In this document: positions 1-8,829 of the stretch, piece by piece | Position numbering within the stretch: position 1 is the stretch's first letter | How the letters are laid out: the number at the start of each line of letters is the position of its first letter | Origin: Candidatus Jorgensenbacteria bacterium | GTDB lineage: Bacteria > Patescibacteriota > Minisyncoccia > UBA6257 > GWB1-50-10 | Length of the DNA stretch: 52,700 nucleotides | NCBI GenBank assembly: GCA_043797305.1 | Contig: JAZDPW010000034.1 | Span: 1-52,700, forward strand | Direction: 5' to 3' | Program-made: the position numbers and the translations under genes | The notes under the pieces: model-generated | Databases searched by the model: none | Told to the model about the DNA's origin: nothing | What the model saw: the letters and a program-made list of their open reading frames with translations, nothing else

Positions 1-68
1 GGTGTAGTATACCGGCAGTACGCATGCATGGGGTGCATGTAGACCGGGTTCAATTCCCGGCACCCCGA
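1..68 (+). tRNA. tRNA-Pro(GGG), 5' end cut by the window edge
   Basis: Anticodon stem CATGC/GCATG with loop ATGGGGT; T-arm CCGGG-TTCAATT-CCCGG; acceptor 3' strand CACCCCG-A; no encoded CCA. Confidence 0.9.
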
Positions 69-75
69 CATTTAA

Positions 76-1191
76 TTATTTCATCTTCTCTTCCACTCGC
101 TCCGCCGCGATCCTTAAAGCGACGCTTCTGGGATTTTCACCCTTCTCCAAGCTTCCTTTCAGCACTTCCAGCGCCGCTTTGGTGATTTTTTCTTCTACCA
201 TCTCAAACATTTTCTCCGGGCTGTAACCGCAATATTCGGCGTAAGAAGATGTAACTCCGCCGCCGTTGGCGATAAAATCGGGGACGACAAGAATTCCCTT
301 TTTCCAAAGCTCCTCTTCGATGTTCTCCCTCATCGGGATGTTCGCTCCCTCAACCACGATTTTGGCTTTTATCGTGTTTTTGTTCGCATCGTTTATGACA
401 TCGGTAATCGAAGCCGGAATAAGAACGTCAGCTTCAATGCCGAAAACATCGTCGTGGGAAATATGCTTGCCTTGTTTCGAATCCCCGACCGACTTCCCCT
501 CTTTTTTGAGATTAACGAGTTCTTCTCCCTCCAAACCGTTCTCGTTGTAGACGCCGCCCCGGCTGTCGGCAACGGCAATGATTTTTGCGCCCATTTTTTT
601 CAGGAATTTGAAAGTGAAAGTGCCGACGTTGCCAAAACCTTCTATGGCTACGGTCGTTTTTTTGACGTCCATTCCCTTCAACTCAACCGCAACCCGGGCG
701 GCGTGAGCCACACCGAAACCGGTGCTCCCCAGTTCGTGAGGCAAACCGCCGAGAGCCGCGGGTTTGCCGGTTGCCGATTTTCGGTCGCTGGTTGCTTCAA
801 CGAACCACTGCATTTCCCGTTCGCCACTCGAGACATCGGGCCCGGCAATATAATATTTCGGCACAAGAAAGGCTATTTTGCGCGCGAAACTTTGAACGAA
901 TTGTTTTTTCAGCTCCGGAGAAGCTCCCTGCTTGCCCACCGAAGAGGGGGGCCAAACGATTCCGGCTTTCGCGCCGCCAAAAGGCAAACCGCAGACGGCG
1001 TTCTTCCAAGTCATTGCCCGGGCAAGCCGGGAGACTTCCTCCACGGTGACCGACGGCGTCATCCTGATGCCGCCCTTCCCCGGTCCCAGAGCGGTGTTGT
1101 CAACAACTAAAAAACCCTCCATACCGAGCTTGGGGTCGTAAACCTCGAGAATATATTCCGGACCGAATTTGTCTTTTTTAATTTCGAACAT
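76..1191 (-). CDS. gdhA: Glu/Leu/Phe/Val dehydrogenase (glutamate dehydrogenase)
   Basis: GPGKGGIR, MTWK, GGAKAG, Rossmann GFGNVG, EGAN, PDFIANGGGV motifs. Confidence 0.9.
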   Translation of the reverse strand: MFEIKKDKFGPEYILEVYDPKLGMEGFLVVDNTALGPGKGGIRMTPSVTVEEVSRLARAMTWKNAVCGLPFGGAKAGIVWPPSSVGKQGASPELKKQFVQSFARKIAFLVPKYYIAGPDVSSGEREMQWFVEATSDRKSATGKPAALGGLPHELGSTGFGVAHAARVAVELKGMDVKKTTVAIEGFGNVGTFTFKFLKKMGAKIIAVADSRGGVYNENGLEGEELVNLKKEGKSVGDSKQGKHISHDDVFGIEADVLIPASITDVINDANKNTIKAKIVVEGANIPMRENIEEELWKKGILVVPDFIANGGGVTSSYAEYCGYSPEKMFEMVEEKITKAALEVLKGSLEKGENPRSVALRIAAERVEEKMK

Positions 1192-1231
1192 ACCGGTTGA
1201 TTATAACCGAAATCTATGATACAATAAAATC

Positions 1232-1495
1232 ATGAAATTTGGAATGCCAAAATTTGGGAACATGCCAAAACCGGAAGATAAATCGGAACTTATCGAGTTC
1301 GTCGGTAAGGACGGTAAAAAATACAAAATAACGGCGGAAGAATTTGCCGCCCACGCTGCAGCGGAAGAAAGAGGAAAAGAACTCGAAAGAAGAAGACAAG
1401 AAGGAGATGGTCTTAAGGATTTAATTGAGTCCCTCAAAAGAGGTGAAGTACCTAAGAAGCCGGAAGAAGGAGGAGAAGAGGAGAAATTAGCTTAA
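1232..1495 (+). CDS. Small charged hypothetical protein
   Basis: 87-aa ORF filling the gap; TACAAT -10 box 6 nt upstream of ATG; Glu/Lys-rich. Confidence 0.6.
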   Translation: MKFGMPKFGNMPKPEDKSELIEFVGKDGKKYKITAEEFAAHAAAEERGKELERRRQEGDGLKDLIESLKRGEVPKKPEEGGEEEKLA

Positions 1496-3177
1496 GAGCG
1501 AATTTTCGCTTTTTCTTTTTCCACCACGCTTTCGTCAATCCGCTCAAAGAGCGGTTTTATTTTTTTAATACTTACTCTTCTTAAAAGTTCTCTTAAGAGT
1601 TGTTTCTCATCACCGCTCCACTCGTCAACGCCGACGGAGAGCATTTCCTCCATCTTTTCGTAAGTTCCTGGCAAGAGAGGTTTTATAAGTAGAAAGAGGC
1701 CAAGAACGACATATAAGGCGTTTGCCATAACTTCCTTAAATTTTTCCGGTTCTTTGCCTTTAAGAAACCAGGGCTCCTCTTTGCTTAAATATTTATTGCC
1801 GAAATCCGAGAGTTCCAGCACTGTTGAAGCATGCTTTTTGAACTCGTAACTTTCCAGGTCTTTCTTCCCCTGATTTACGAGCTTCAAAACGACGGATTCA
1901 ACGCTTTTATCAATTTCCGCATCGCCGAAATCCAGACCCCGGGCAAGCGTTAGGGTGCGATTCACAAAATTTCCGAAATTACCGATGAATAAACTGTTGT
2001 TTTTGCCGACAAAGTCCTCCCAGCTGAAATTGGCATCGGCGGCTTCGGGGCCTATAAGCGCAAGATAAAACCGCAAGCTATCGAGGCCGTAGGTATCGGC
2101 AACATAGGCGGGGTCAAGCGTCACCCCCCGGGATTTAGAGAACTTTTTGCCCTCAAGGGTAAGAAACTGGTTTATAGCCGGATAGTCGGGCAGGTGAATT
2201 TTCTCGTCGTACCCGTAAAGCTCGCCCGGCCAGAAAAGAGTGTGAAATATCAGGTTATCCTTGCCCATAAAGTAAGCGTGTTCGAGTTCTTTGCCATACC
2301 ACCAATCTTTCCAATCTTTCCCGTTTTTTTCGGCCCACTCCCTCGAAGCGGAGAGATAGCCTATTACCGCCTCGAACCAAACGTAAATCGTTTTGTGCTC
2401 CGCGCCTTCAATCTGCAATTTTTCGGGAATTTTATCCGTCGGGATTTCTATCCCCCAATCCAAGTCTCTCGTAATCGCTCTCGGCTTTAATCCCTTTTTC
2501 AGCCAGCCCTCCGTTTCTTTTAAAACCCAGGTGCGCCATTTCCTGCCGGAGCTTTTTACGTAATCATCGAGAAAATTTTGAAGCTTCGGCCAATCCAGAA
2601 AATAATGTTCTGTTTGTTTTATCAGAACCGCGCCGCCGGAGAGTTTGCTTTTGGGATTTATGAGTTCGCCGACCGAAAAAACCGTGCCGCAATTGTCGCA
2701 CTGGTCGGAACGAGACTCCTCGTAACCGCATTGCGGGCACTTTCCTTCCACGTACCTGTCCGGCAAAAATCTTTTATCTTCCTCCGAGTAATATTGGTCG
2801 GTTTTGTCTTTAAAGATATATCCCTTATCCAGCAATTTCACGAAAAAGTCCTGAACTACTTTTTTGTGATTGGCGGTAGTCGTTTTCGTGTAAATTCCAT
2901 TTTCGGAAAAACCGATGTTCAATTTTTCGAAAAGTTTTACTATCTGCGGGTGATATTTATCCACCACTTCCTGCGGGGAAATGCCGAGTTTTTCCGCCTC
3001 AATCGTAATCGGCGTGCCGAAACAATCGGAACCGGATACCATCAGCACCTCGTTTCCGCGAAGACGATGGAAACGGGCAAAAATATCAGCCGGCAGAAGA
3101 TAGCCGGCCAAATGCCCGACGTGAATGTCGCCGCTTGCATACGGCCAAGCCACCGCAATTAAAATCTTTCTCGGCAT
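1492..3177 (-). CDS. metG: Methionyl-tRNA synthetase
   Basis: WPYASGDIHVGH (HIGH), zinc knuckle CPQC/CDNC, YVWFEA, KFSKS. Confidence 0.97.
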   Translation of the reverse strand: MPRKILIAVAWPYASGDIHVGHLAGYLLPADIFARFHRLRGNEVLMVSGSDCFGTPITIEAEKLGISPQEVVDKYHPQIVKLFEKLNIGFSENGIYTKTTTANHKKVVQDFFVKLLDKGYIFKDKTDQYYSEEDKRFLPDRYVEGKCPQCGYEESRSDQCDNCGTVFSVGELINPKSKLSGGAVLIKQTEHYFLDWPKLQNFLDDYVKSSGRKWRTWVLKETEGWLKKGLKPRAITRDLDWGIEIPTDKIPEKLQIEGAEHKTIYVWFEAVIGYLSASREWAEKNGKDWKDWWYGKELEHAYFMGKDNLIFHTLFWPGELYGYDEKIHLPDYPAINQFLTLEGKKFSKSRGVTLDPAYVADTYGLDSLRFYLALIGPEAADANFSWEDFVGKNNSLFIGNFGNFVNRTLTLARGLDFGDAEIDKSVESVVLKLVNQGKKDLESYEFKKHASTVLELSDFGNKYLSKEEPWFLKGKEPEKFKEVMANALYVVLGLFLLIKPLLPGTYEKMEEMLSVGVDEWSGDEKQLLRELLRRVSIKKIKPLFERIDESVVEKEKAKIRS

Positions 3178-3196
3178 TTAAGGACATAATAACACA

Positions 3197-3339
3197 AAAC
3201 AAAAATCCCACATTCTTCAAATTTCCCCCGACCCCCGGCTTAAGAAACCCTCGGTTTCTTACGTCGCTTTGCTCCTATTTTCCGACACGGGGGAAATTTC
3301 CACGGGATTTCTGTTTGCTAAAGCAAACAAAAATCCCGT
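3197..3339. repeat. Nested inverted-repeat structured element upstream of metG
   Basis: AAATTTCCCCCG...CGGGGGAAATTT (3219-3299) enclosing TAAGAAACC-CTC-GGTTTCTTA; ACGGGATTTCTGTTTGC/GCAAACAAAAATCCCGT hairpin; AAACAAAAATCCC present twice. Confidence 0.75.
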
Positions 3340-3468
3340 TCTATTGATTCCCGGCTATATATTAGGTGGGTTTCCTTGAATCCCTGACCCACGGGTCGGG
3401 ATAATTTCGGAATCCCTGAAAAAAATCACTTGATCCGGAATCTAAAGAACGGGACTATAATTATTATA

Positions 3469-3969
3469 TCACGAGCGGCGACTCTTCAAAATACCGTCCA
3501 CCTCGATTATTTCGTCCAGGATGCCGGGGATGATTTCATACCCCTTCCCCTCCTCGGGCGTAATCCAGGCAAAATCGTCTATGTCCTTGCCAAGCTTCAC
3601 TTCGCCCGCCTTGTGGCGGCAAAAATACGACAAAACCAAGACCGGAATACTATCGGGCCGGATGAAAGTCATATCGGTAAGATAAGTAACGCCTTCCACC
3701 TCCAATCCCGCCTCTTCCATAATTTCCTTTTCCAAAGTCCGATTGACAATGTTATACCAGGCATCGGTATTGGGAGTACGCGGCAGGTTTTCGTATTCGT
3801 GCAGCACCAGCTTCCCGCCGGGCACGGTCCAAGAGCCGGGATAAGCCACTTCCCGCATAGAGCGCTTTAAAATCAAGTATTTACCGGTTTTCTCGATGAT
3901 TCCGGTTATAGACACGATGTGGAGTCGGGGGTCTTTTTTATCCACAGTTTTGGGGTTGACTCCCCGCAT
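3469..3969 (-). CDS. NUDIX hydrolase
   Basis: WTVPGGK...EKEIMEEAG Nudix box with an insertion; start uncertain (the ATG at 3969 lies in the palindrome arm; in-frame GTG at 3945). Confidence 0.85.
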   Translation of the reverse strand: MRGVNPKTVDKKDPRLHIVSITGIIEKTGKYLILKRSMREVAYPGSWTVPGGKLVLHEYENLPRTPNTDAWYNIVNRTLEKEIMEEAGLEVEGVTYLTDMTFIRPDSIPVLVLSYFCRHKAGEVKLGKDIDDFAWITPEEGKGYEIIPGILDEIIEVDGILKSRRS

Positions 3970-3994
3970 AGAATTAACTTGTTTATGCGGGAAG
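3960..3994. mobile_element. Minimal inverted-repeat element (CCCCRCATA family)
   Basis: CTCCCCGCATA...TATGCGGGAAG flanked by TTGA / TCGA (near-duplicated 4-mer). Confidence 0.55.
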
Positions 3995-4012
3995 TCGACT
4001 GAATAAAACGGT

Positions 4013-5089
4013 TTATAAATTCAAAACTTTAGCGACTTGTTTTATTAAAGCGACGGCAACCGGCGCCGAGAAAAGACTGTAAGACGGTACGCCATCATCG
4101 TCTTTTACGATCCACGGCTTCTCGATGATTTTAACGCCTCCGCTTCCGTCAAGTTCAAAGTGGTAAGCGGGGGTTATTTCGTAATCGTCTACATAATCAC
4201 CGGCGCTATCAACCGGAACCGAATTTCTAAGATAAATTTTGGGTATACCCTGTACATTCAAAAGATGTTTAAAGATTTCCTTGTCGGTTTCCAACCGTTC
4301 GCGAATAGGCTCTATACCCAAAGCGTCGCCTTCCTTGGCAATCATTCTTGCTTTGTTACAATCGGGATTGTCACACATTAAGTAGAACTCTTTCTTGTCT
4401 TTGTCGTAACCGACAAATTTAGTCAGCAACAACTTCATGCTCCGCGGCACTTTACAGCGAGGGCAAACAACCCGATATTTGATTCTTTCGTCCACAATAT
4501 TTTCCGGCACGTCGATAAAAATCAAAAAGTCGGGGTCATCGCGGTAACCAACCAATTCTTTGAGGAACAAGGAATAGTTTACTTGGTCTTTGGCTCTCGG
4601 AAAACCGTCAATGAAAATAGCTTTCTTCTTGTATTGGCTGATTTCGAACTTGATAAGAGCAACAATCAGTTCTGAAGTTATAAGATTAGTCGTGTCCCTT
4701 CCCAAAATAATTTTTTCCAATCCTTCAACGGAGTTGGTACCGCGATAATTATTGTTCAAGAACTCCAGAACTTCCTCTCTTGTTTTGCCGCCCTTCTCCA
4801 AACGAGCATGAACATCCCGAACCAAGTCGCCTACCGATAAATGCCCAACCTTATCGCCTCCAATCGCTTCCATAAAAAGCTTGGAATAAGTGCCCTTACC
4901 GGAATTTTTAATGCCAATAAGGTAGGCAATAAATGTTTTGCCGCTATCCAGATAATCGCGTAATTTTTTTATCTCCTTGCCGGCTTTCGCCTCAAAGTAT
5001 TTTCTTCTTCCGTCAACATCGTTCAAATCAAATTTTTTATCCAAGCCGTCTACTTTCGTTTTGAAAATGGGGGGGGTTAAACCTTTCAT
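4013..5089 (-). CDS. adk: Adenylate kinase-like nucleoside monophosphate kinase (extended form)
   Basis: P-loop GIKNSGKGT, HLSVGDLVR, IDGFPR, LID with CPRC...CDNPDC. Confidence 0.75.
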   Translation of the reverse strand: MKGLTPPIFKTKVDGLDKKFDLNDVDGRRKYFEAKAGKEIKKLRDYLDSGKTFIAYLIGIKNSGKGTYSKLFMEAIGGDKVGHLSVGDLVRDVHARLEKGGKTREEVLEFLNNNYRGTNSVEGLEKIILGRDTTNLITSELIVALIKFEISQYKKKAIFIDGFPRAKDQVNYSLFLKELVGYRDDPDFLIFIDVPENIVDERIKYRVVCPRCKVPRSMKLLLTKFVGYDKDKKEFYLMCDNPDCNKARMIAKEGDALGIEPIRERLETDKEIFKHLLNVQGIPKIYLRNSVPVDSAGDYVDDYEITPAYHFELDGSGGVKIIEKPWIVKDDDGVPSYSLFSAPVAVALIKQVAKVLNL

Positions 5090-6499
5090 TTATTTTTTCT
5101 TTTTCTTGATTTCCAAGCCTAACTCATTAAGCTGTTCTTTGTCCACCTCGGACGGTGCGCCCATTAGGAGGTCACGGCCATCGCCGGTCTTGGGAAATGC
5201 GATTACTTCCCGGATATTCGGCTCATTCTCCAAAATCATTATGAGCCGGTCGAGGCCGGGGGCGATGCCGCCATGGGGCGGCACGCCGTATTCGAACGCC
5301 TCGAGTATGTGGCCGAAGTCTTTCCGAATCTTCTCCGGCTCGTTCCCGAGCGCCTCAAAAACCGCCTGTAAAAGCGCGGGGTCGTGAGTCCGAATCGAGC
5401 CGCCGCCGACTTCAGAGCCGTTCAAAACCAGGTCGTATTGGTGGGCTAAAATCCCGAGCGGGTTTTTTTTGAACGATTTTTTCAACTCATCCGCGCTCTT
5501 AACCTGCGGCTGAGTAAAGGGATGATGAACGACTCCGTAGGTCCCGTCGTCTTTTTTCTCGAACATCGGAAAGTCAACGACGAAAGCGAAAGCGAGTTCG
5601 TTCGGGTCGTTCTTGTCTTTCCGCAAATCCGGTCGGTCGGAACCGTATTTTTCCATCACTTCTTTGTAGGTTATCCGCGGGAACGGCTTCTTGGTTATTT
5701 TCTTCGCCGGATAAAGTTCTTCCACGAGAGAGGTAAATAATTCTTCCGTAAGACCGAGAATTTCTTCCTGATCGGTAAAACTCATCTCCAGGTCAAGCTG
5801 AGTAAATTCCGGCTGGCGGTCGCCTCTCGTGTCTTCGTCCCGGAAACACCTCGCAATCTGGAAATAACGCTCGAGACCGGCAACCATCAGAAGCTGCTTG
5901 TACTGCTGGGGCGACTGCGGCAGGGCGTAAAAACTGCCCGGATAAATCCGCGAGGGCACGAGGTAATCCCTCGCTCCCTCCGGTGTCGATTTCCCCAAAA
6001 CCGGCGTTTCGATTTCCGTAAAATCTCTTTGAGTAAGCCACTGCCGGATGAAATTAATAACCCGGGCCCGATTCTTAAGATTTTTCCGAAGACGGGGACG
6101 ACGCAAGTCCAAATAGCGGTATTTCATCCGCGTTTCCTCGCCGATGTCGTAACCGTCGTCGTCGGTGGAAAGAGGCGGCGTTTCCGCTTCGTTTATTATT
6201 TCAAGTTCCTTTGCCGAAACTTCCCAGTCACCGCTCGGTATTTTCGGATTCTCCATTCCTTTCGGCCGCTTTCCCACTTCGCCCGTGATTTTCACCACGT
6301 ATGCGGTTCTCAAGCTCTCGGCCGTCCGGTGCGCTTCGGGATGCTTTTTCGGATTGAAAACAATTTGGGCAATGCCGCTCCGGTCGCGCAAATCGATAAA
6401 AATAAGGCCGCCGTGGTCGCGCCGGCCGTCCACCCAGCCCTTGAGGGTTACTCCTTTGCCTTCCGATTTGCCGATATCGCCGCAAAGCGTTCTTTCCAT
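5090..6499 (-). CDS. aspS: Aspartyl-tRNA synthetase (no GAD domain, probably non-discriminating)
   Basis: RDHGGLIFIDLRDR, STPEGARDY, LPQSPQ, RQPEFTQLD, PPHGGIAPGLDR. Confidence 0.97.
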   Translation of the reverse strand: MERTLCGDIGKSEGKGVTLKGWVDGRRDHGGLIFIDLRDRSGIAQIVFNPKKHPEAHRTAESLRTAYVVKITGEVGKRPKGMENPKIPSGDWEVSAKELEIINEAETPPLSTDDDGYDIGEETRMKYRYLDLRRPRLRKNLKNRARVINFIRQWLTQRDFTEIETPVLGKSTPEGARDYLVPSRIYPGSFYALPQSPQQYKQLLMVAGLERYFQIARCFRDEDTRGDRQPEFTQLDLEMSFTDQEEILGLTEELFTSLVEELYPAKKITKKPFPRITYKEVMEKYGSDRPDLRKDKNDPNELAFAFVVDFPMFEKKDDGTYGVVHHPFTQPQVKSADELKKSFKKNPLGILAHQYDLVLNGSEVGGGSIRTHDPALLQAVFEALGNEPEKIRKDFGHILEAFEYGVPPHGGIAPGLDRLIMILENEPNIREVIAFPKTGDGRDLLMGAPSEVDKEQLNELGLEIKKKKK

Positions 6500-6511
6500 A
6501 ACAGATTCAAT

Positions 6512-7384
6512 CTACCACAAATCCTTAAAAACTTTAATATCATTCCCGTCAATCGCAAATTTAAGAGTTCCGTCGGAATCGGTCCTGAAAATTTGCGCCC
6601 CTATTCTTTTTAATCCCTCCAGGGTCTGAAAAGTGGGATGGCCGTAGCTGTTCCGGCCGACTTCTATCACCGCCATTTCCGGCTTTACGGCCTCGAGAAA
6701 ATCGGCCGAGGAGGAAAACTTGGAGCCATGATGGGCTACTTTCAATATATCCACGTCTTCGCGACTGATGGCGCCCTCAACCGCCGCGCTTATATCGCCG
6801 GTGAAAAGTGTGGTGGAGTCTTTGGCTTTAAGTTCCAAAACCAGAGAAGTGTCGTTCGAGTCCTTCGCCTTAACGAGACTTTCGTCGGGCGAAACAACGA
6901 AAATTTCGCTGTCGCGGTTTGTTATCTTATCCCCCGCTCCCAAAATCACTTCTCGAACGTTTCTTTCCCGAAGCACCTTTTCCAGTTCGGGAAATTCACT
7001 CGCAGCCGTTTCCGCTCCGTTCCAAATAAAAGCGCCGACATTATAACGCTTCAACACTTCAATGAGGCCGCCGAAGTGGTCGAGTTGCGGATGGGAAAGT
7101 ATTACGATGTCAATGTAACGGTCGCCTAACTCGAAAACCATGCCCAGCTCATCGAGAACCCGGCCGTTCGGCGGACCGCCGTCTATCAATACTTTCACTT
7201 CCCCCGGCAGGACGATAAGCTCGCTGTCTCCCTGGCCGACGTCAAGAAAATACATTTCCAAATCGCCGCCCGTAGCATTGGTAATTTGAAACCAAATCAA
7301 AAAATCGAGCACCACCAAAGCCATGGAGATGATAATGACTTTGTTTTTATGCTCTTTTAGATTTGTAAACAGGTCCTCCGACAT
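6512..7384 (-). CDS. ComEC-type MBL-fold metallo-hydrolase (C-terminal ComEC module)
   Basis: FLDVGQGD, IDGG, SHPQLDHFGG, TGD, KVAHHGS, NSYGHP; N-terminal TM segment. Confidence 0.9.
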   Translation of the reverse strand: MSEDLFTNLKEHKNKVIIISMALVVLDFLIWFQITNATGGDLEMYFLDVGQGDSELIVLPGEVKVLIDGGPPNGRVLDELGMVFELGDRYIDIVILSHPQLDHFGGLIEVLKRYNVGAFIWNGAETAASEFPELEKVLRERNVREVILGAGDKITNRDSEIFVVSPDESLVKAKDSNDTSLVLELKAKDSTTLFTGDISAAVEGAISREDVDILKVAHHGSKFSSSADFLEAVKPEMAVIEVGRNSYGHPTFQTLEGLKRIGAQIFRTDSDGTLKFAIDGNDIKVFKDLW

Positions 7385-8828
7385 ACCTCCCTACATAATA
7401 AATGAAACCGACGAGAATGAGGTAATAAACGATAAAGGACGCAAGGCCGGCACTCGGACTGAAAAAAACGCCTATTTTCGCAAAGAATTCAATGACAAAA
7501 ATTTCAAACTTAAGGAGAACTTGCGCGAGCAGGCTTAAGGCCAGCGCCAGGTTGTAAGAAACGAAGGAAAGAGCCGTCATCACGAATCCTAAACCCATCG
7601 TCACCGGGATAAATTCCAAAATGACGACATTGGCGACAAACGACGTCAGGGAGAAATTGCCGAAATTGGAAACGAGAAGCGGCGCGACCATAAGCTGAGC
7701 CGAGGCGGTCGTAAGAAGGTTCTCCCGCCAGGACAGAAATCCTTTCTCCTCGGAAATCCGGAAAAACTTTACGGCCGCGGGCCTTAAATAAATTATTCCC
7801 AAAAGCGCAAGGAAAGAAAGCTGGAAACCGACGTCGAAAACCAGAACCTTCGGGTTATGGAAAACCATCGTGAGGCCGGCTAAAATTATCGCGTTCCGGA
7901 AATCGAAAAACCGGCCGATTTCATTGGCGAGGATCACTAAAATTCCCATGATCGCTGCCCGCACGACTGAAGCCTCGGCCCCGGTCATAAAAACGAATCC
8001 TAAAATCACGAGGACGGTGAAAAAGAAAGTTAACCGCCTTTTTATCGAAAACCAAAGAAAAAGCGCCGCGAGCGTCGAGGCGATAATCGTAATGTTGTAA
8101 CCGGAAAGAGCGACGAGATGAGTGGTGCCGCTTTTCGACATTGCTTCCTTGAAACTTTCCGAAAACTCTCCCCGCTCGCCGAGCGTCAGACCAGCAAGAA
8201 GCGCCGACTCCTTGGGCGGCAAAACCGCTTGGAAAGATTCAACCATTTTATTTTTAACGGCAAAGAGCGATGCTTTGATTCCGCTGCCATGCCCCGAACC
8301 GGTTTTTTCAGCCTCGGCAAAAGAAATAACGCCGCTTATCCCTTCTTTGGAAAGATAGCGGCCGTAACTTTCGGAAAAAGGAAGTTCGATTGTTCCCTTG
8401 ATTTTCAGCTCGTCGCCGTAGCCGAATTGCGGATAACGGGCGGTCTTAACGAGAATATTGCCCCGAAGGGGCCCCTTCGGGGCCGCTAAATAAGAATCTA
8501 GCTCCAGTTTGAATTCCTGCGAGGAGCTTTTCAAAATCGGATTTGAAACAATGATTCCGGAAAAAACTGTTTTTTCACCGAAGGGTATTGTGGTTTTCTC
8601 CCGAAAACGCATATCGTCCCGGGTGTAATAAAAGGCGCCGGCGAACACGAGAAAAACCAGGCCGGCAAGCCAAAAGAATCGCTTATTCCGCTTTAAGCCC
8701 ATGAACAAAAAAGCGGCTGCCGCCGCAAACGTAATTATCAGTATCCACACCCCCACCCCGAAACTCGCAAGAAACACACCTACGAGAAAAAAGAGCGCCC
8801 CGAAGAAGAAAATATCATAAGAAGGCAT
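7347..8828 (-). CDS. comEC: ComEC/Rec2 competence membrane protein
   Basis: GTTHLVALSGYNI, SVVRAAIMG, DVGFQLSF; start at MPSYDIFF (ATG 8828) preferred. Confidence 0.92.
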   Translation of the reverse strand: MPSYDIFFFGALFFLVGVFLASFGVGVWILIITFAAAAAFLFMGLKRNKRFFWLAGLVFLVFAGAFYYTRDDMRFREKTTIPFGEKTVFSGIIVSNPILKSSSQEFKLELDSYLAAPKGPLRGNILVKTARYPQFGYGDELKIKGTIELPFSESYGRYLSKEGISGVISFAEAEKTGSGHGSGIKASLFAVKNKMVESFQAVLPPKESALLAGLTLGERGEFSESFKEAMSKSGTTHLVALSGYNITIIASTLAALFLWFSIKRRLTFFFTVLVILGFVFMTGAEASVVRAAIMGILVILANEIGRFFDFRNAIILAGLTMVFHNPKVLVFDVGFQLSFLALLGIIYLRPAAVKFFRISEEKGFLSWRENLLTTASAQLMVAPLLVSNFGNFSLTSFVANVVILEFIPVTMGLGFVMTALSFVSYNLALALSLLAQVLLKFEIFVIEFFAKIGVFFSPSAGLASFIVYYLILVGFIYYVGRYVGGPVYKSKRA

Positions 8829-8829
8829 A

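Noticed and set aside
1232-1272. Short tandem repeat AAATTTGG..ATGCCAAAA
   Set aside because: Only two units, encoding KFG(N)MP; too weak to call an element.
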